Shown: positions 1 to 12,556 of the stretch, piece after piece
Layout: every line of letters begins with the position of its first letter
Position numbering within the stretch: the stretch's first letter is position 1
Assembly: GCA_964016885.1 (NCBI GenBank)
Contig: OZ024763.1
Coordinates: 620,001 to 684,000 of the forward strand
DNA length: 64,000 bases
Origin: Eledone cirrhosa
Taxonomy: Eukaryota
Direction: 5' to 3'
Made by a program: the position numbers and the translations under genes
The notes under the pieces: model-generated
The model's database searches: none
What the model was told of the DNA's origin: nothing
The model's input: only the letters and a program-made list of their open reading frames with translations

Positions 1-27
1 TACGTTTGTTGTAATAGTAACAAAACT

Positions 28-586
28 GGTTTCTACTTTAGGCACAAGGCCAGCAATTTTGGGCCAGAGGGGGGGAGGGGGAAGTCGATTCAAACGCCCT
101 CAGTGCATTACTGGGTACCTTGGACGGATTTGAAATCACACCGTAAAGGGCCATAACTCTGCTTCAAAGCATGATGTCCGGCGCCTCAACGATGGTTTCT
201 ACTTTAGGCACAAGGCCTGCAATTTTAGCGGGAGCGGAAGGGAAAGTTGATTAAATTGACCCCAGTGTAAGCATGACAGATACTTCATTTATCGACCCCG
301 TAAAGACGAAAGGCAAAGCTAACCTCGGCAGAGTGTAAAGGGCCATGACTCTAAGACGCAAATCATGTTGTCAGACGCTCTACCAATTACTGACAATCCA
401 CCACCCTAATAATAATAATAATTGTTTCTACTTTTGGCACAAGGCCAGCCATTACCCAGTACATTACTGGTACTTTATTTTATCGACCCCGTAAGGATGA
501 AAGGCAAAGTTAACCTCGGCGGGATTTGAACTCAGAACGTAAAGGGCCATCACTCTATGCTTCACAGCATGGTGTCTGACGCTCTA
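28..586 (-). mobile_element. Three head-to-tail copies of tRNA-derived SINE family A (about 28-193, 194-407, 421-586)
   Basis: Each copy has the tail gtttctactt(t/a)ggcacaaggcc. Copies 2-3 have the central gaccccgtaa(g/a)ga(t/c)gaaaggcaaag block; copies 1 and 3 have a B-box-like gatttgaa(c/a)tc. Same family as the clean copy at 61510. Confidence 0.85.
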
Positions 587-1129
587 AAGAAGAACCCTTT
601 TTTTTTTTTTCGGAAGGGAAGAAACTATGTAACAACTTCCTAGAGATACATACTTCTTGTGTTTTATTATACTGACACATATATATATATATATATATAT
701 ATACTAAATTTAGCTCTGTAACTTACATAGAGCACTCTTCACTCCTATGACTTTTTCACTTTTCAACGGAAACTTCAATACACAAACACACACAATCACA
801 CACATACACAACATACACACACACTGTTGTTGAACCACCATGGCTGTACGGTGAGAGAGAAGGCGGAGACGAGGTGCGACGGCCGGCTCAAATACAGCAA
901 ATAAACTACTATTGTCAGACGTTTAAGAAAAAGAAAGCCTTTAACTAAACATATAATAATGTTTTGTGTAATGAGTTAACACTGTAAATTGTAATTAAAA
1001 CGTAATATAATTGTAGCTTGGAACATACTGTCTTTTTACAACCTGTCAACTGACGTTTTGATGTATTTCATTTTGGTACAGTTGTATTGTACTGTCTTCT
1101 AACACATTATATGCATGTGTGTACATGGG

Positions 1130-1170
<41 letters not shown>

Positions 1171-1173
<3 letters not shown>

Positions 1174-1370
1174 AAAAAGTAGGACTCCGACGGTAGAGCT
1201 CAAGCCGTTTCGACGGCTATTTCTGGACTAAATAGTCCAGAAATAGCCGTCGAAACGGCTTCAGCTCTGCCGTCGGGGTCATACTTTTCCTATTACCCAC
1301 TCTACTACCCTAAATATTTAGTACTCTGGTGCGTTATGGTCCAACTGGTTCCTGACCACAATTCCTTCGT
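1171..1370. mobile_element. Short Penelope-like element family B: ~120-bp palindrome (1171-1291) plus tail
   Basis: Arms aggaaaaagtaggactccgacgg...ggacta / tagtcc...ccgtcggggtcatacttttcct are near-perfect reverse complements. Related copies at 5909-6080, 6860-6965 and 37400-37457, all within (TA)n. Confidence 0.7.
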
Positions 1371-1417
1371 TATATACGATGAGTGTGTTTAAGTCCAATG
1401 CACTCTAGTATTTTAAT

Positions 1418-1466
<49 letters not shown>

Positions 1467-1470
1467 TCTA

Positions 1471-1720
1471 ATTTTTTTTTCTAAGGCGGGTAAAATTCCC
1501 GAGATCCATGGACGAGTTCTCTACAGCGGTCTCTGTCCCTCATTATCGCTGCCATGTCCTGCGTCTCCAACAGACCAGTGTCTGTCCTTAGGGTATCAAC
1601 ATACGTTAACCTTGGTCTTCCTCTTCTAGTGTGTCCATGTAGGGGCTCCCAAAGGAGCACTGAGTGCAATGTCAACTCTGGATGTCGGTGAGCATGTCCA
1701 GCTAACCTCACTCTCCTCTG
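1471..1720 (-). pseudogene. RTE-clade LINE ORF2 C-terminus with short poly(A) tail
   Basis: QRRVRLAGHAHRHPEL...LLWEPLHGHTRRGRPRLTYVD is the RTE C-terminal RLAGH..RGRP signature; the stop is followed by an A9 run on the minus strand. Confidence 0.85.
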
Positions 1721-2235
1721 TGTCACTGCTCTACACCAACACCAAAGCCCAAGTCATTACACCTGATGGGATGACAGAGTTCTTTGAGATACTGGCTGGA
1801 GTGCTCCAGGGAGATACATTGGCTCCCTACCTTTTTATCATCGTAGTGGACTATTGTATGCGCCTTGCACTGGAGAAACACCAGGACTCTGGCTTTACTG
1901 TGGCACCGGCTCAGAGCAGGAGAGTTAGGGCGAAAAAGGTATCGGATGCTGAATTTGCCGACAAAATAGTTTTGGTGACAAATACAGTGAAGGAGGCAGA
2001 GGATTTGATGCGGGAGGTTGAGACTGTGTCGATGAGTGTGGGGCTGAGAATGAATGAGACTAAAACAAAATATCTGGTAGAGAATGTTGAGAAGCCAGAG
2101 GGGATCACTAATGTAAGTGGGAAGCCGCTAGAATTGGTTGAGGGCTTCCTGTATTTGGGAGCGAAGATTGGGAATACGGAAGATGATGTGGTTGAGAGGA
2201 AGAGCAAGGCCTGGGCGGCGTGCCACAGCTTGAGA
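1720..2235 (+). pseudogene. RTE-clade LINE reverse-transcriptase fragment, inverted relative to its 3' end
   Basis: GVLQGDTLAPYLF (RT motif B), EFADK (degenerate FADD), GLRMNETKTK, FLYLG. Truncated by (TA)n. Confidence 0.9.
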
Positions 2236-2347
2236 TATATATATATAAATGAAGTAATTCCGAGAACAATTGTTTCACCGTTGTTTCTACTTCTACCAAA
2301 CTCGTCCCACTACGGATATTACTTTCCAGTGTTCTAACCCCCCCCCC

Positions 2348-2383
<36 letters not shown>

Positions 2384-2404
2384 CTGTGTGTGTGTGTGTG
2401 TGTG

Positions 2405-2540
2405 TGTGTAAAAGGGAAACAGAAATAACACAATCGGTACAGTATATGGAAGGAATATATTAGGTTAACGCTTGAAATAGCAGGAAGAGGGTCTTAACGT
2501 TTCGGACGCTAGTCCTTCATCAAAAGAAAAAATGAGAAAT
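2405..2540 (-). mobile_element. Short Penelope-like element family C with minimal hammerhead motif (2492-2527)
   Basis: Minus strand tctt-TTGATGA-a-ggac-tagc-gtcc-GAAACGTT-aaga; reverse complement of 16605-16745. Confidence 0.7.
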
Positions 2541-2547
2541 TTGAAAG

Positions 2548-2588
<41 letters not shown>

Positions 2589-2681
2589 TAATAAAAATAA
2601 TGAATAAAAACAAAGAAACAGTTCCTTATATTAAAAAATTCATCATTTTACGATCGTTTCTAGGATATATATGTTTGTGTT

Positions 2682-2731
<50 letters not shown>

Positions 2732-2735
2732 GCTC

Positions 2736-2878
2736 AATATAGAAATGGCTTCTACATGACTAGAACTGTTTCATTCGAAGGAAATCATCAGGGCTTTCCT
2801 GTTGATTTCCATTTCTATATTAAACATTATATACTCTACTATGTATTGAGTACCTTACAACCGATTGATCACGGGATA
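2736..2878. mobile_element. Penelope-like family A copy: minus-strand hammerhead (2747-2795) fused to a plus-strand tail
   Basis: Minus strand CTGATGA-tttccttcgaat-GAAACag..GTA-gaagcc; family tail ctatattaaa...tatgtattgagtacctta. Confidence 0.7.
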
Positions 2879-2922
2879 CACATATCTCTCTCTCTATATA
2901 TATATATGCGTGTGTGTGTGTG

Positions 2923-2993
<71 letters not shown>

Positions 2994-3396
2994 ATAATAA
3001 TAAATTTGAAGACTAAAATCCAAAGAGGGCTCGATAAGGATAAATATATAAGAACCGTAGAGCAAATATTTATTAAAATAACAGATTAAAGTTTAAGCAA
3101 AGAATCGCTGCTTTCATCCCTAACGGGATCTTCTGAAACTGAAAAAATCAATCTGTGAACGCAGAAGTAAATATTTCGAAAAACGTTGCAACCGAAGGAA
3201 AACAGGAAGTCGATACTTTGGTTCGTGAAGACGTTCCCTGGCAATGAACGGAAAAAAGCGAAGATAATACTTCATTATGGGGAGCGATGAGAACAAGTAC
3301 ACGCAAAGACAAAACCACATTTATGGTATAAATGAAGTCGTAGACTAATATTCTATTTAGGAAAACGAATTATTCTCGGCTTCAGAGTTAAGAATA

Positions 3397-3578
3397 ATTG
3401 TTTCTACTTTTGGCACAAGGCCAGCAATTATCCAGTGTATTACTGGTACTTTATTTTATCGACTCCGTAAGGATGAAAGGCAAAGTTAACCTCGGCGGGA
3501 TTTGAACTCAGAATGGCAAGGGCCATAACTCTATGCGTCAAAGCATGGCGTCCGACCCTCTACCGATACTGCCAATCC
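3397..3578 (-). mobile_element. Full-length SINE family A with target-site duplication
   Basis: A box TGGCAGTATCGG and B box GAGTTCAAATCC on the minus strand; cagagttaaga flanks both sides (3383-3393 and 3578-3588). Confidence 0.9.
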
Positions 3579-4174
3579 AGAGTTAAGAGAATAATGTAAA
3601 TAAATTAGTAGAACGAAAATGACAGAGGTTATTGAAATCAACAATAATTAAATATATACATACATGCATCCATATACGTACATACACATGCATACACAGA
3701 ATACCCGCCATGCATGCATACACAAGCCCGTACACATAAACACGCACACACATACATAAAACCGCACGATACCTATACTCGCACACATACGAACGTATAC
3801 GCCAAATACACATTAAAAAAAAAAACATGCAACGATAGACGAGTCTCTCGCTCTCGGTTGTTAAAAGCAAGGTTGTTATTCAAATTCTATTTTTCTACAA
3901 CTGTTTCTACGGTGATAACTATAATGCCAGTACATTGAATGTATAAATTAATCAGCCAAACAATTAATAATTTTAATGACCGTCAAGCAAAAAATCCCCG
4001 TTTCACCAGGGGCATGTACTAGATATATTGAGTTACTGTCGTCATGTACCGACATTTTTACCTTCTTTGGAGTACATATATGATTGGATTCCTACATGCT
4101 GTTGACTTGAATAACGTGCAGTTTTTATTAAATAATGGTGTATTTTATTAAATAATGGTGTATTGTTTCACTGT

Positions 4175-4210
<36 letters not shown>

Positions 4211-4235
4211 GTGTATGTGTATGTATATATCTCTA

Positions 4236-4333
4236 AGGTGTCCCCAAAAAATGTATACACACTTGAACAGCATTCTAATAAATATTGCCTGTACAGGTAA
4301 TCAGATTGTCTATACACTTTTTGGGACACCCTG
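4236..4333. mobile_element. ~100-bp Tc1/mariner-type MITE
   Basis: TIRs ggtgtccccaaaaaatgtatac / tatacactttttgggacaccctg; about nine copies in the window, including a half copy at 13695-13743. Confidence 0.8.
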
Positions 4334-4348
4334 TGTGTGTATATATAA

Positions 4349-4408
<60 letters not shown>

Positions 4409-4693
4409 ATATATACACACACACATATATATATATATGTTAGTTTGTATGCATAATTTTGATATATGTATATAAAATATATATACACACACATACACAC
4501 ATACGTACATGTATCTGTGTGTGTATATATATACACACATATATATCTGTACATATATATATGTATACATACATGTGTACACACACACACATATATATAT
4601 GTATATATACATATATATATGTACATATGTTTATTTATACATACATGTGTACACACACACACATAAATATGTATATACACATATATGTATGTT

Positions 4694-4795
<102 letters not shown>

Positions 4796-5098
4796 CAGCT
4801 GTATATATAGATATAGACAGGCTGTGATATATACCTACTGGATGTACATTGATCTGTGAAAGGGGAAAATAATACGGTTGGTGCTGGATTGGAAATATTG
4901 GATAAGAGAAATGGAGATTTTTTGATGCAGGTTTCTACATATAGATATGTCTAATATATACGTGTGTATGTGTGCATATATATATGTGTGTGTATATAGA
5001 TAAGTATATGTGTGTTATTTATATCTGTATGTATGGGTATGTATATATATATATATATATGCATATATGTGTATATATAAACGTGGGTGTATGTATGG

Positions 5099-5160
<62 letters not shown>

Positions 5161-5326
5161 CTAGGTGTGTATATAGATAAGTATATTTGTTATTTATATC
5201 TGTATGTATGGGTATGTATATATATATATATATGCATATATGTGTATATATAAACGTGTGTGTATGTATAGGTATATGTGTATATATATATATATATGTG
5301 TGTGTGTGTATGTATGGGTATATGTG

Positions 5327-5385
<59 letters not shown>

Positions 5386-5529
5386 ATATATACCCGTGTG
5401 TGTGTATGTATGGGTATGTATATATGTGTGTATGTGTAAATATTAATTGTAGCAGTTGTGTGTACCCCCTTCTGCTGATAGCCCCCGTGACATCTACATA
5501 CTTATATGCATACACCGTGTGTGTGCAAG

Positions 5530-5680
5530 TCCCAGGTTCAATGGGGTGGACCACAGTAAGTAAGGTACTCAATACATAGCAGGGTATAGATATTTAATAT
5601 AGAAATGGCTTCTACAGGAAGGAAAGCCGGCTTTCCTGATGATTTCCTCATGAAACAGTTCTAGTCCTGTAGAAGCCATC
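5530..5680. mobile_element. Penelope-like family A inverted pair; plus-strand hammerhead at 5629-5677
   Basis: ggctttc-CTGATGA-tttcctcat-GAAACag-ttctagtc-ctGTA-gaagcc preceded by an inverted family tail; palindromic centre ggaaagccggctttcc. Confidence 0.75.
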
Positions 5681-5765
5681 TCCCCCTCTCTCTCTCCCTC
5701 TCTCTCTACCTCCCCCTCTCTCTCTCTACCTCTCTCTCTCCCCCCTCTCTGTGCCCCCCTCCCCC

Positions 5766-5813
<48 letters not shown>

Positions 5814-5908
5814 GAAAGAGACAGAGACATATACCCATTGGCGGTATATCTACACTATATATATATATATATAAACCCACAGCGATATATATATATATAT
5901 ATATATAT

Positions 5909-6080
5909 AGGAAAAGGTATGATCCCGACGGCAGAGCTCAAGCCGTTTCGACGGCTATTTCAGTCCAGAAATAGCCGTCGAAACGGCTTGAGCTCTGCCG
6001 TCGGGGCCATACCTTTTCCTAAGTATTGAGTACTCTGGTGCGTTATGGTCCATCTGGTTCCTTACCACAACTCCTTCTGT
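5909..6080. mobile_element. Family B palindromic element, second copy
   Basis: Same arms as 1171-1291 with a different centre (cagtccag) and the same tail agtactctggtgcgttatggtcca. Confidence 0.7.
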
Positions 6081-6105
6081 ATATATATATATATATACCC
6101 TACAG

Positions 6106-6179
<74 letters not shown>

Positions 6180-6278
6180 CTGCAGCGATATATATTACAC
6201 TCCCCTTTCCACCACATTTTTGAACATAATGCTTATGTCGTTGCATTTCTTCATTATCGATTTTCAGCGAAGTTGCAC

Positions 6279-6318
<40 letters not shown>

Positions 6319-6498
6319 TATATATATGTATATATATATATGTATATATGTGTATATATATGTATATATATGTATATATATCTATATCTGTATATATGTG
6401 TATACATATGTATATATATGTATATATATCTATATCTGTATATGTATATATATATATATGTGTATATATATGTATATATATATATATATATATCTATA

Positions 6499-6548
<50 letters not shown>

Positions 6549-6710
6549 TATATATATCTATATATACATATAAATGTGTGTTCATGGGTGTATATGCACA
6601 ATACGTACATATATATACACACGTGTGTGTGTTATATAACTGCTTACATTAAATTAAACAGCATCCTGTCTTCTATTGTAAGAGAGGTGATAGACATATA
6701 TACACACATA

Positions 6711-6747
<37 letters not shown>

Positions 6748-6763
6748 GCGTTTTTATCATGTT

Positions 6764-6864
<101 letters not shown>

Positions 6865-7033
6865 AGTGTCAGGACCCCGACGGCAGAGCTCAAGCCGTTA
6901 CTACTACCCAAACAATCGTGTACTCTGGGGCGTTATGGTCCACCCGGTTCCTTACACTTTTTTCGTTTTATATATATATATATATATATATAAATACACA
7001 CACACACATACACATATATATATATATATAAAT

Positions 7034-7153
<120 letters not shown>

Positions 7154-7182
7154 CTATACACATTATATATCGATATAAGTAT

Positions 7183-7364
7183 ATTGCCAGTATCAGTAGA
7201 GGGTCGGACCACATGCTTTGCAGGATAGAGTTACGGCCCTTTACGGTCTGAGTTCAAATCCCGCCGAGGTTGACTTTGCCTTTCATCCTTACGGGGGTCG
7301 ATACAATAAAGTACCAGTAATGCACTGGGTTATTGCTGGCCTTGTGCCAAATGTAGAAACAATT
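7183..7364 (+). mobile_element. SINE family A
   Basis: gagttcaaatcc B box, gcctttcatccttacgggggtcgat central block, ggccttgtgccaaatgtagaaac tail. Confidence 0.9.
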
Positions 7365-7389
7365 ATATATCGATATGAGAATGATTGAT

Positions 7390-9200
7390 TGATTATGTGA
7401 TTGTTTGATTTAGTGGGTGAATGAAGGAATGAACGAAAGTGAAAGAAAGAGAGCGAGGGTGCGAGCGAGAAGTACAGCCAAGTGCGGTAAAATGCGAGTC
7501 TGTACTTCCAATTAAGTGAGTGTCACTCTGGTTGATTGATTCAGTGAATGAATGAATGAGTGAATGAGTGAAAGAGTGAAAGAGTGAGCAAGAACGAGAG
7601 AGAGGGAGTGACCAAGAAGTAGAGTCAAGTGCGGTAAAGTGCGAGTCTGTACTTCCAATTAAGTGAGTGTCACTCTGGTTGATTGATTCAGTGAATGAAT
7701 GAATGAATGAATGAATGAGTGAAAGAGTGAGCAAGAACGAGAGAGAGGGAGTGACCAAGAAGTAGAGCCAAGTGCGGTAAAGTGCGAGTCTGTACTTCCA
7801 ATTAAGTGAGTGTCACTCTGGTTGATTGATTCAGTGAATGAATGAATGAATGAATGAGTGAAAGAGTGAGCAAGAACGAGAGAGAGGGAGTGACCAAGAA
7901 GTAGAGCCAAGTGCGGTAAAGTGCGAGTCTGTACTTCCAATTAAGTGAGTGTCACTCTGGTTGATTGATTCAGTGAATGAATGAATGAATGAATGAATGA
8001 GTGAAAGAGTGAGCAAGAACGAGAGAGAGGGAGTGACCAAGAAGTAGAGCCAAGTGCGGTAAAGTGCGAGTCTGTACTTCCAATTAAGTGAGTGTCACTC
8101 TGGTTGATTGATTCAGTGAATGAATGAATGAATGAATGAATGAGTGAAAGAGTGAGCAAGAACGAGAGAGAGGGAGTGACCAAGAAGTAGAGCCAAGTGC
8201 GGTAAAGTGCGAGTCTGTACTTCCAATTAAGTGAGTGTCACTCTGGTTGATTGATTCAGTGAATGAATGAATGAATGAATGAATGAGTGAAAGAGTGAGC
8301 AAGAACGAGAGAGAGGGAGTGACCAAGAAGTAGAGCCAAGTGCGGTAAAGTGCGAGTCTGTACTTCCAATTAAGTGAGTGTCACTCTGGTTGATTGATTC
8401 AGTGAATGAATGAATGAATGAATGAATGAGTGAAAGAGTGAGCAAGAACGAGAGAGAGGGAGTGACCAAGAAGTAGAGCCAAGTGCGGTAAAGTGCGAGT
8501 CTGTACTTCCAATTAAGTGAGTGTCACTCTGGTTGATTGATTCAGTGAATGAATGAATGAATGAATGAGTGAAAGAGTGAGCAAGAACGAGAGAGAGGGA
8601 GTGACCAAGAAGTAGAGCCAAGTGCGGTAAAGTGCGAGTCTGTACTTCCAATTAAGTGAGTGTCACTCTGGTTGATTGATTCAGTGAATGAATGAATGAA
8701 TGAATGAGTGAAAGAGTGAGCAAGAACGAGAGAGAGGGAGTGACCAAGAAGTCGAGCCAAGTGCGGTAAAGTGCGAACTTCGATTTCCAGCTTGATTGAT
8801 TTAATGAACGCGCGCGCGTGTGTGTGTATGAGGGGGAGGAGCGAGAAAAAGTACAGCCAAGTGCGAGCTTCGACTTCTTGCACTCCAGTGACGGCCACTC
8901 TCAAATGAATAAATGAACGAATGGAAGAGAAAGAGAGAGGGTGTGGAAGAGGGGGAGGGAGGGAGCGAGAATATGTAGAGCCAAGTGCGCTGAAGTGCGA
9001 ACTTCGACTTGCTGCACTCGAGTGAGTATCACTCTGCTTAGCTGAATAAGTGAACGAGTATGAGAGACAGAGAGAGTAAAATAAAGCGAAAGATCTATCG
9101 ATCGAGGGGGAGAGAGAGCGAGAAAAGGTACAGCGAAGTGCGCTAAAGTGCGAGCTTAGACGCTTCGACAGCCAGCACTCGAGTGAGTGTCACTCTCTGC
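7390..9200. repeat. 139-147-bp tandem array: 10 homogeneous units followed by 3 diverged units
   Basis: aagtgcggtaaa recurs at about 7480, 7628, 7770, 7909, 8052, 8195, 8338, 8481, 8620 and 8759; length varies with the number of (gaat) units; diverged cores at about 8858, 8982 and 9135. Confidence 0.95.
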
Positions 9201-9407
9201 TAAGCTGAATGTCAATCTCAACTCTCAAGTCTAACATGAGAAAAAGCAGGCTTTGGAAACAGACCAATCAGTGGCCTTGTTACATACATGTACTCGGCAC
9301 ACATACAACATGGCCGTGTCCAGTTTTGGCTGCCACTAAAAAATGATGACGATCACTTGAGCTATTATCACTTCTTCTTCCTCTTTTCTCTCTCTTTCTT
9401 CCCCCCC

Positions 9408-9447
<40 letters not shown>

Positions 9448-9773
9448 TTTATATATATATTATATTATTATTATATTATATTATTATATATTATATTATA
9501 TATATGATGCAATTTGAGCTGCTTGAATCTCGCCGGCGAACACATCCTGTGCCCCGCACACTGCATAATTTTTTCCTCCCTTAAAACAACCCCAGGGGGA
9601 AGGAAAAAAAGAGAAGGAAAATAAGACAGAAAGAAAGAAGGAAGAAAAAGAAAGAAACTGAGGGAAGAAGAAAGAAAGAAAGAAAGAAAGAAAGAAGCAA
9701 GGAGGAGAGAGGGGGGAAAATATAGAAAGAAAGAGAGTGATAGAGGAAAAAGTGAGGCCAATTATATATATGT

Positions 9774-9809
<36 letters not shown>

Positions 9810-10469
9810 ATATATGTATGTGTATATGTGGTTGCTAAGTCAGCATGATTGTACCTCCTCAGCAACGATTAATGATCAGATACTTCGATACGATTCGATA
9901 TAATTACGATCCCGATCTAGACCTGGATTTATTGGAGTTTGAAAAGCGATTTTTTTACCTGAAGTGAACGAAAACGAGAGAGGGATAAAGAAAGACACAC
10001 ACATACACATACACATACATACATACACACACATACATACACACACACATACACGATCATAATACACGCACACACAATACATAATATACACAGACACACA
10101 ATATACCCTCATACAATATATACACACACATACGTACTAGACACACACAACAACACAACACAACACAATACAAACATACATACACACACATATAATACAA
10201 AATACATACAGAAACAACACACACACACAGACACACACACTCACACAATACATAATACACACACATACACACAACAACAACAACACACAGCACCGGAGAT
10301 GAAAACAAGTGCTCCCTCCGTCGTCGCTTTCTTCTGTCGATCTACAAAGGGAAAAACATACATATAAGAGGAAGAAAGATCATAATAATAATAATAATAA
10401 TATTAATATATACCAAGAGAAAGAAGGAGTCACAGAGAGAAGGAGAGAAAGTTGATTTACCATTATTTT

Positions 10470-10748
10470 ACCATAGTATATTGTTTGAACCAAGCAAAAG
10501 GCTACCATGAATTACGGCACCTAAATGTATGTATATGTCTATCTATTGATCTATATCTATATATATATGTGTATATGTATAGATATATATATATATAAAT
10601 GTGTGTATTATTGTATATATATTTATATAAATATATATATACACATATTTATATCTATATATCTATATATATATTGTTGTTGTTGTTGTTACTAGTATTG
10701 TGTTTGAACCTAGCCAAAAGCTACGATTATTTACGGCATACACACACC

Positions 10749-10826
<78 letters not shown>

Positions 10827-10972
10827 TGGATATGTCTATCGATGTATGTGTGTGTATATATATTTGGCCTTTCATTCTTACAGGGTCGATAAAATAAAGT
10901 ACCAGTAATGTACTGAGTAATTGCTGGCCTTGTGCTAAAAGTAGAAACAATTATTTACGAGATAAATCTATG

Positions 10973-11009
<37 letters not shown>

Positions 11010-11322
11010 TGGTGTATATATATGTATGTATACATCTTTCTCTCTATATACTGTTCGTGTTAATATTATCATCTACCATAGTATACTGTGTTTGAAGCTA
11101 GCTAAAAGCTACCATTATTTACAACACATATCTATGGATGTATGTGTATATATATATATATATATATATTGTGGAAGATGGACGTTAAATGATGATGATG
11201 ATGATGATTATATAAATATATATCTATTTATATATATATATACATTGTACCATAGTATACTGTGTTTGAACCCAGCCAAAAGCTACCATTATTTATGGCA
11301 TAAATAAATCTATGGATGTATA

Positions 11323-11361
<39 letters not shown>

Positions 11362-11364
11362 ATG

Positions 11365-11395
<31 letters not shown>

Positions 11396-11485
11396 CTGTG
11401 GATGTATGTGTATATATATAAACTTTATTATGTATATATTGTATATATATTGTTACTACTATACAATAAGCTACCATGATTTACG

Positions 11486-11549
<64 letters not shown>

Positions 11550-12161
11550 TGATGTATATATATCTATGGATGGATGTGTATATATGAATACACCTATCTA
11601 CATATATATATTCTATATATATATATATTGTTGTTGTTACTATTATCAGACTATATATGAGAGTACTGTCTTTGAACCCAACCAAAAGCTACCATGAACA
11701 CACACACATACATTAATGTGTGTATATATATATATATATATAAATATATATATATATATTTGAATGACTGTGTGTATATATCTCTATATATATTCTATAT
11801 TATGTATATATTGTATATATATATATATATACTGTTGTTCCATGTTACTATTATTAAACCATATACCATAGTATAATGTGTTTGAACGGATGAAAAACTA
11901 CCTTGATTTATTACATATATATATATGAGTGTATCTCACTCTATATATATTGATGTATATATCTGTCTATAGATATATATTCTATATTATGTATATATAT
12001 ATATATACTGTTGTTCCATGTTACTATTATTAAACCATATACCATAGTATAATGTGTTTGAACCGATGAAAAACTACCTTGGTTTATTACATATATATAT
12101 ATGAGTGTATCTCACTCTATATATATTGATGTATATATCTGTCTATATATATATTCTATAT

Positions 12162-12214
<53 letters not shown>

Positions 12215-12335
12215 TGTTGTTCCATGTTACTATTATTAAACCACATACCATAGTATAATGTGTTTGAACGGATGAAAAACTACCTTGATTTATTACATAC
12301 ATATATATATATATATGAGTGTATCTCACTCTATA
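10470..12335. repeat. Array of a ~45-bp motif (accatagtata(c/a)tgtgtttgaac..aaaa(g/a)ctacc) separated by (TA)n-rich spacers
   Basis: About nine copies (10470, 10694, 11075, 11248, 11465 partial, 11660, 11865, 12040, 12248); the last three are near-identical ~180-200-bp units. Confidence 0.8.
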
Positions 12336-12344
12336 TATTTGAAG

Positions 12345-12556
12345 GAACGATCGACTTTCGTCAAATCGGACCGAGGGAACAGTGTTTCCGTTGGTCTTTC
12401 CAATTGCTAATACTATCTATCGGTCGCAACTCCAGGTAGAAGGAGCAACGTGAAATAAAGTGTCTTGCTCAAGGACATAACGCATCGCCTGGTCCAGGAA
12501 TGGAACTCACAACCTTACGATTGCGAATCCAATTCTCTAACCACTCAGCCACACGC
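12345..12556 (-). mobile_element. CORE-type tRNA SINE (family B), tail type 2
   Basis: Minus strand TGGCTGAGTGG A box, B-box-like gagttccattcc, CORE block tgtccttgagcaagacactt; tail shared with 21278-21430. Confidence 0.85.

Noticed and set aside
825-1104. Solo LTR (TG...CA, 280 bp)
   Set aside because: No matching TSD and no second copy in the window.
3010-3390. Coding fragment in a unique purine-rich stretch
   Set aside because: Interrupted by stops and no recognisable motif; possibly a decayed TE.
7470-7530. miRNA cluster (AAGTGC seed-like) or tRNA-like units in the 143-bp array
   Set aside because: Hairpins are too short for pre-miRNAs and no full tRNA fold is visible.
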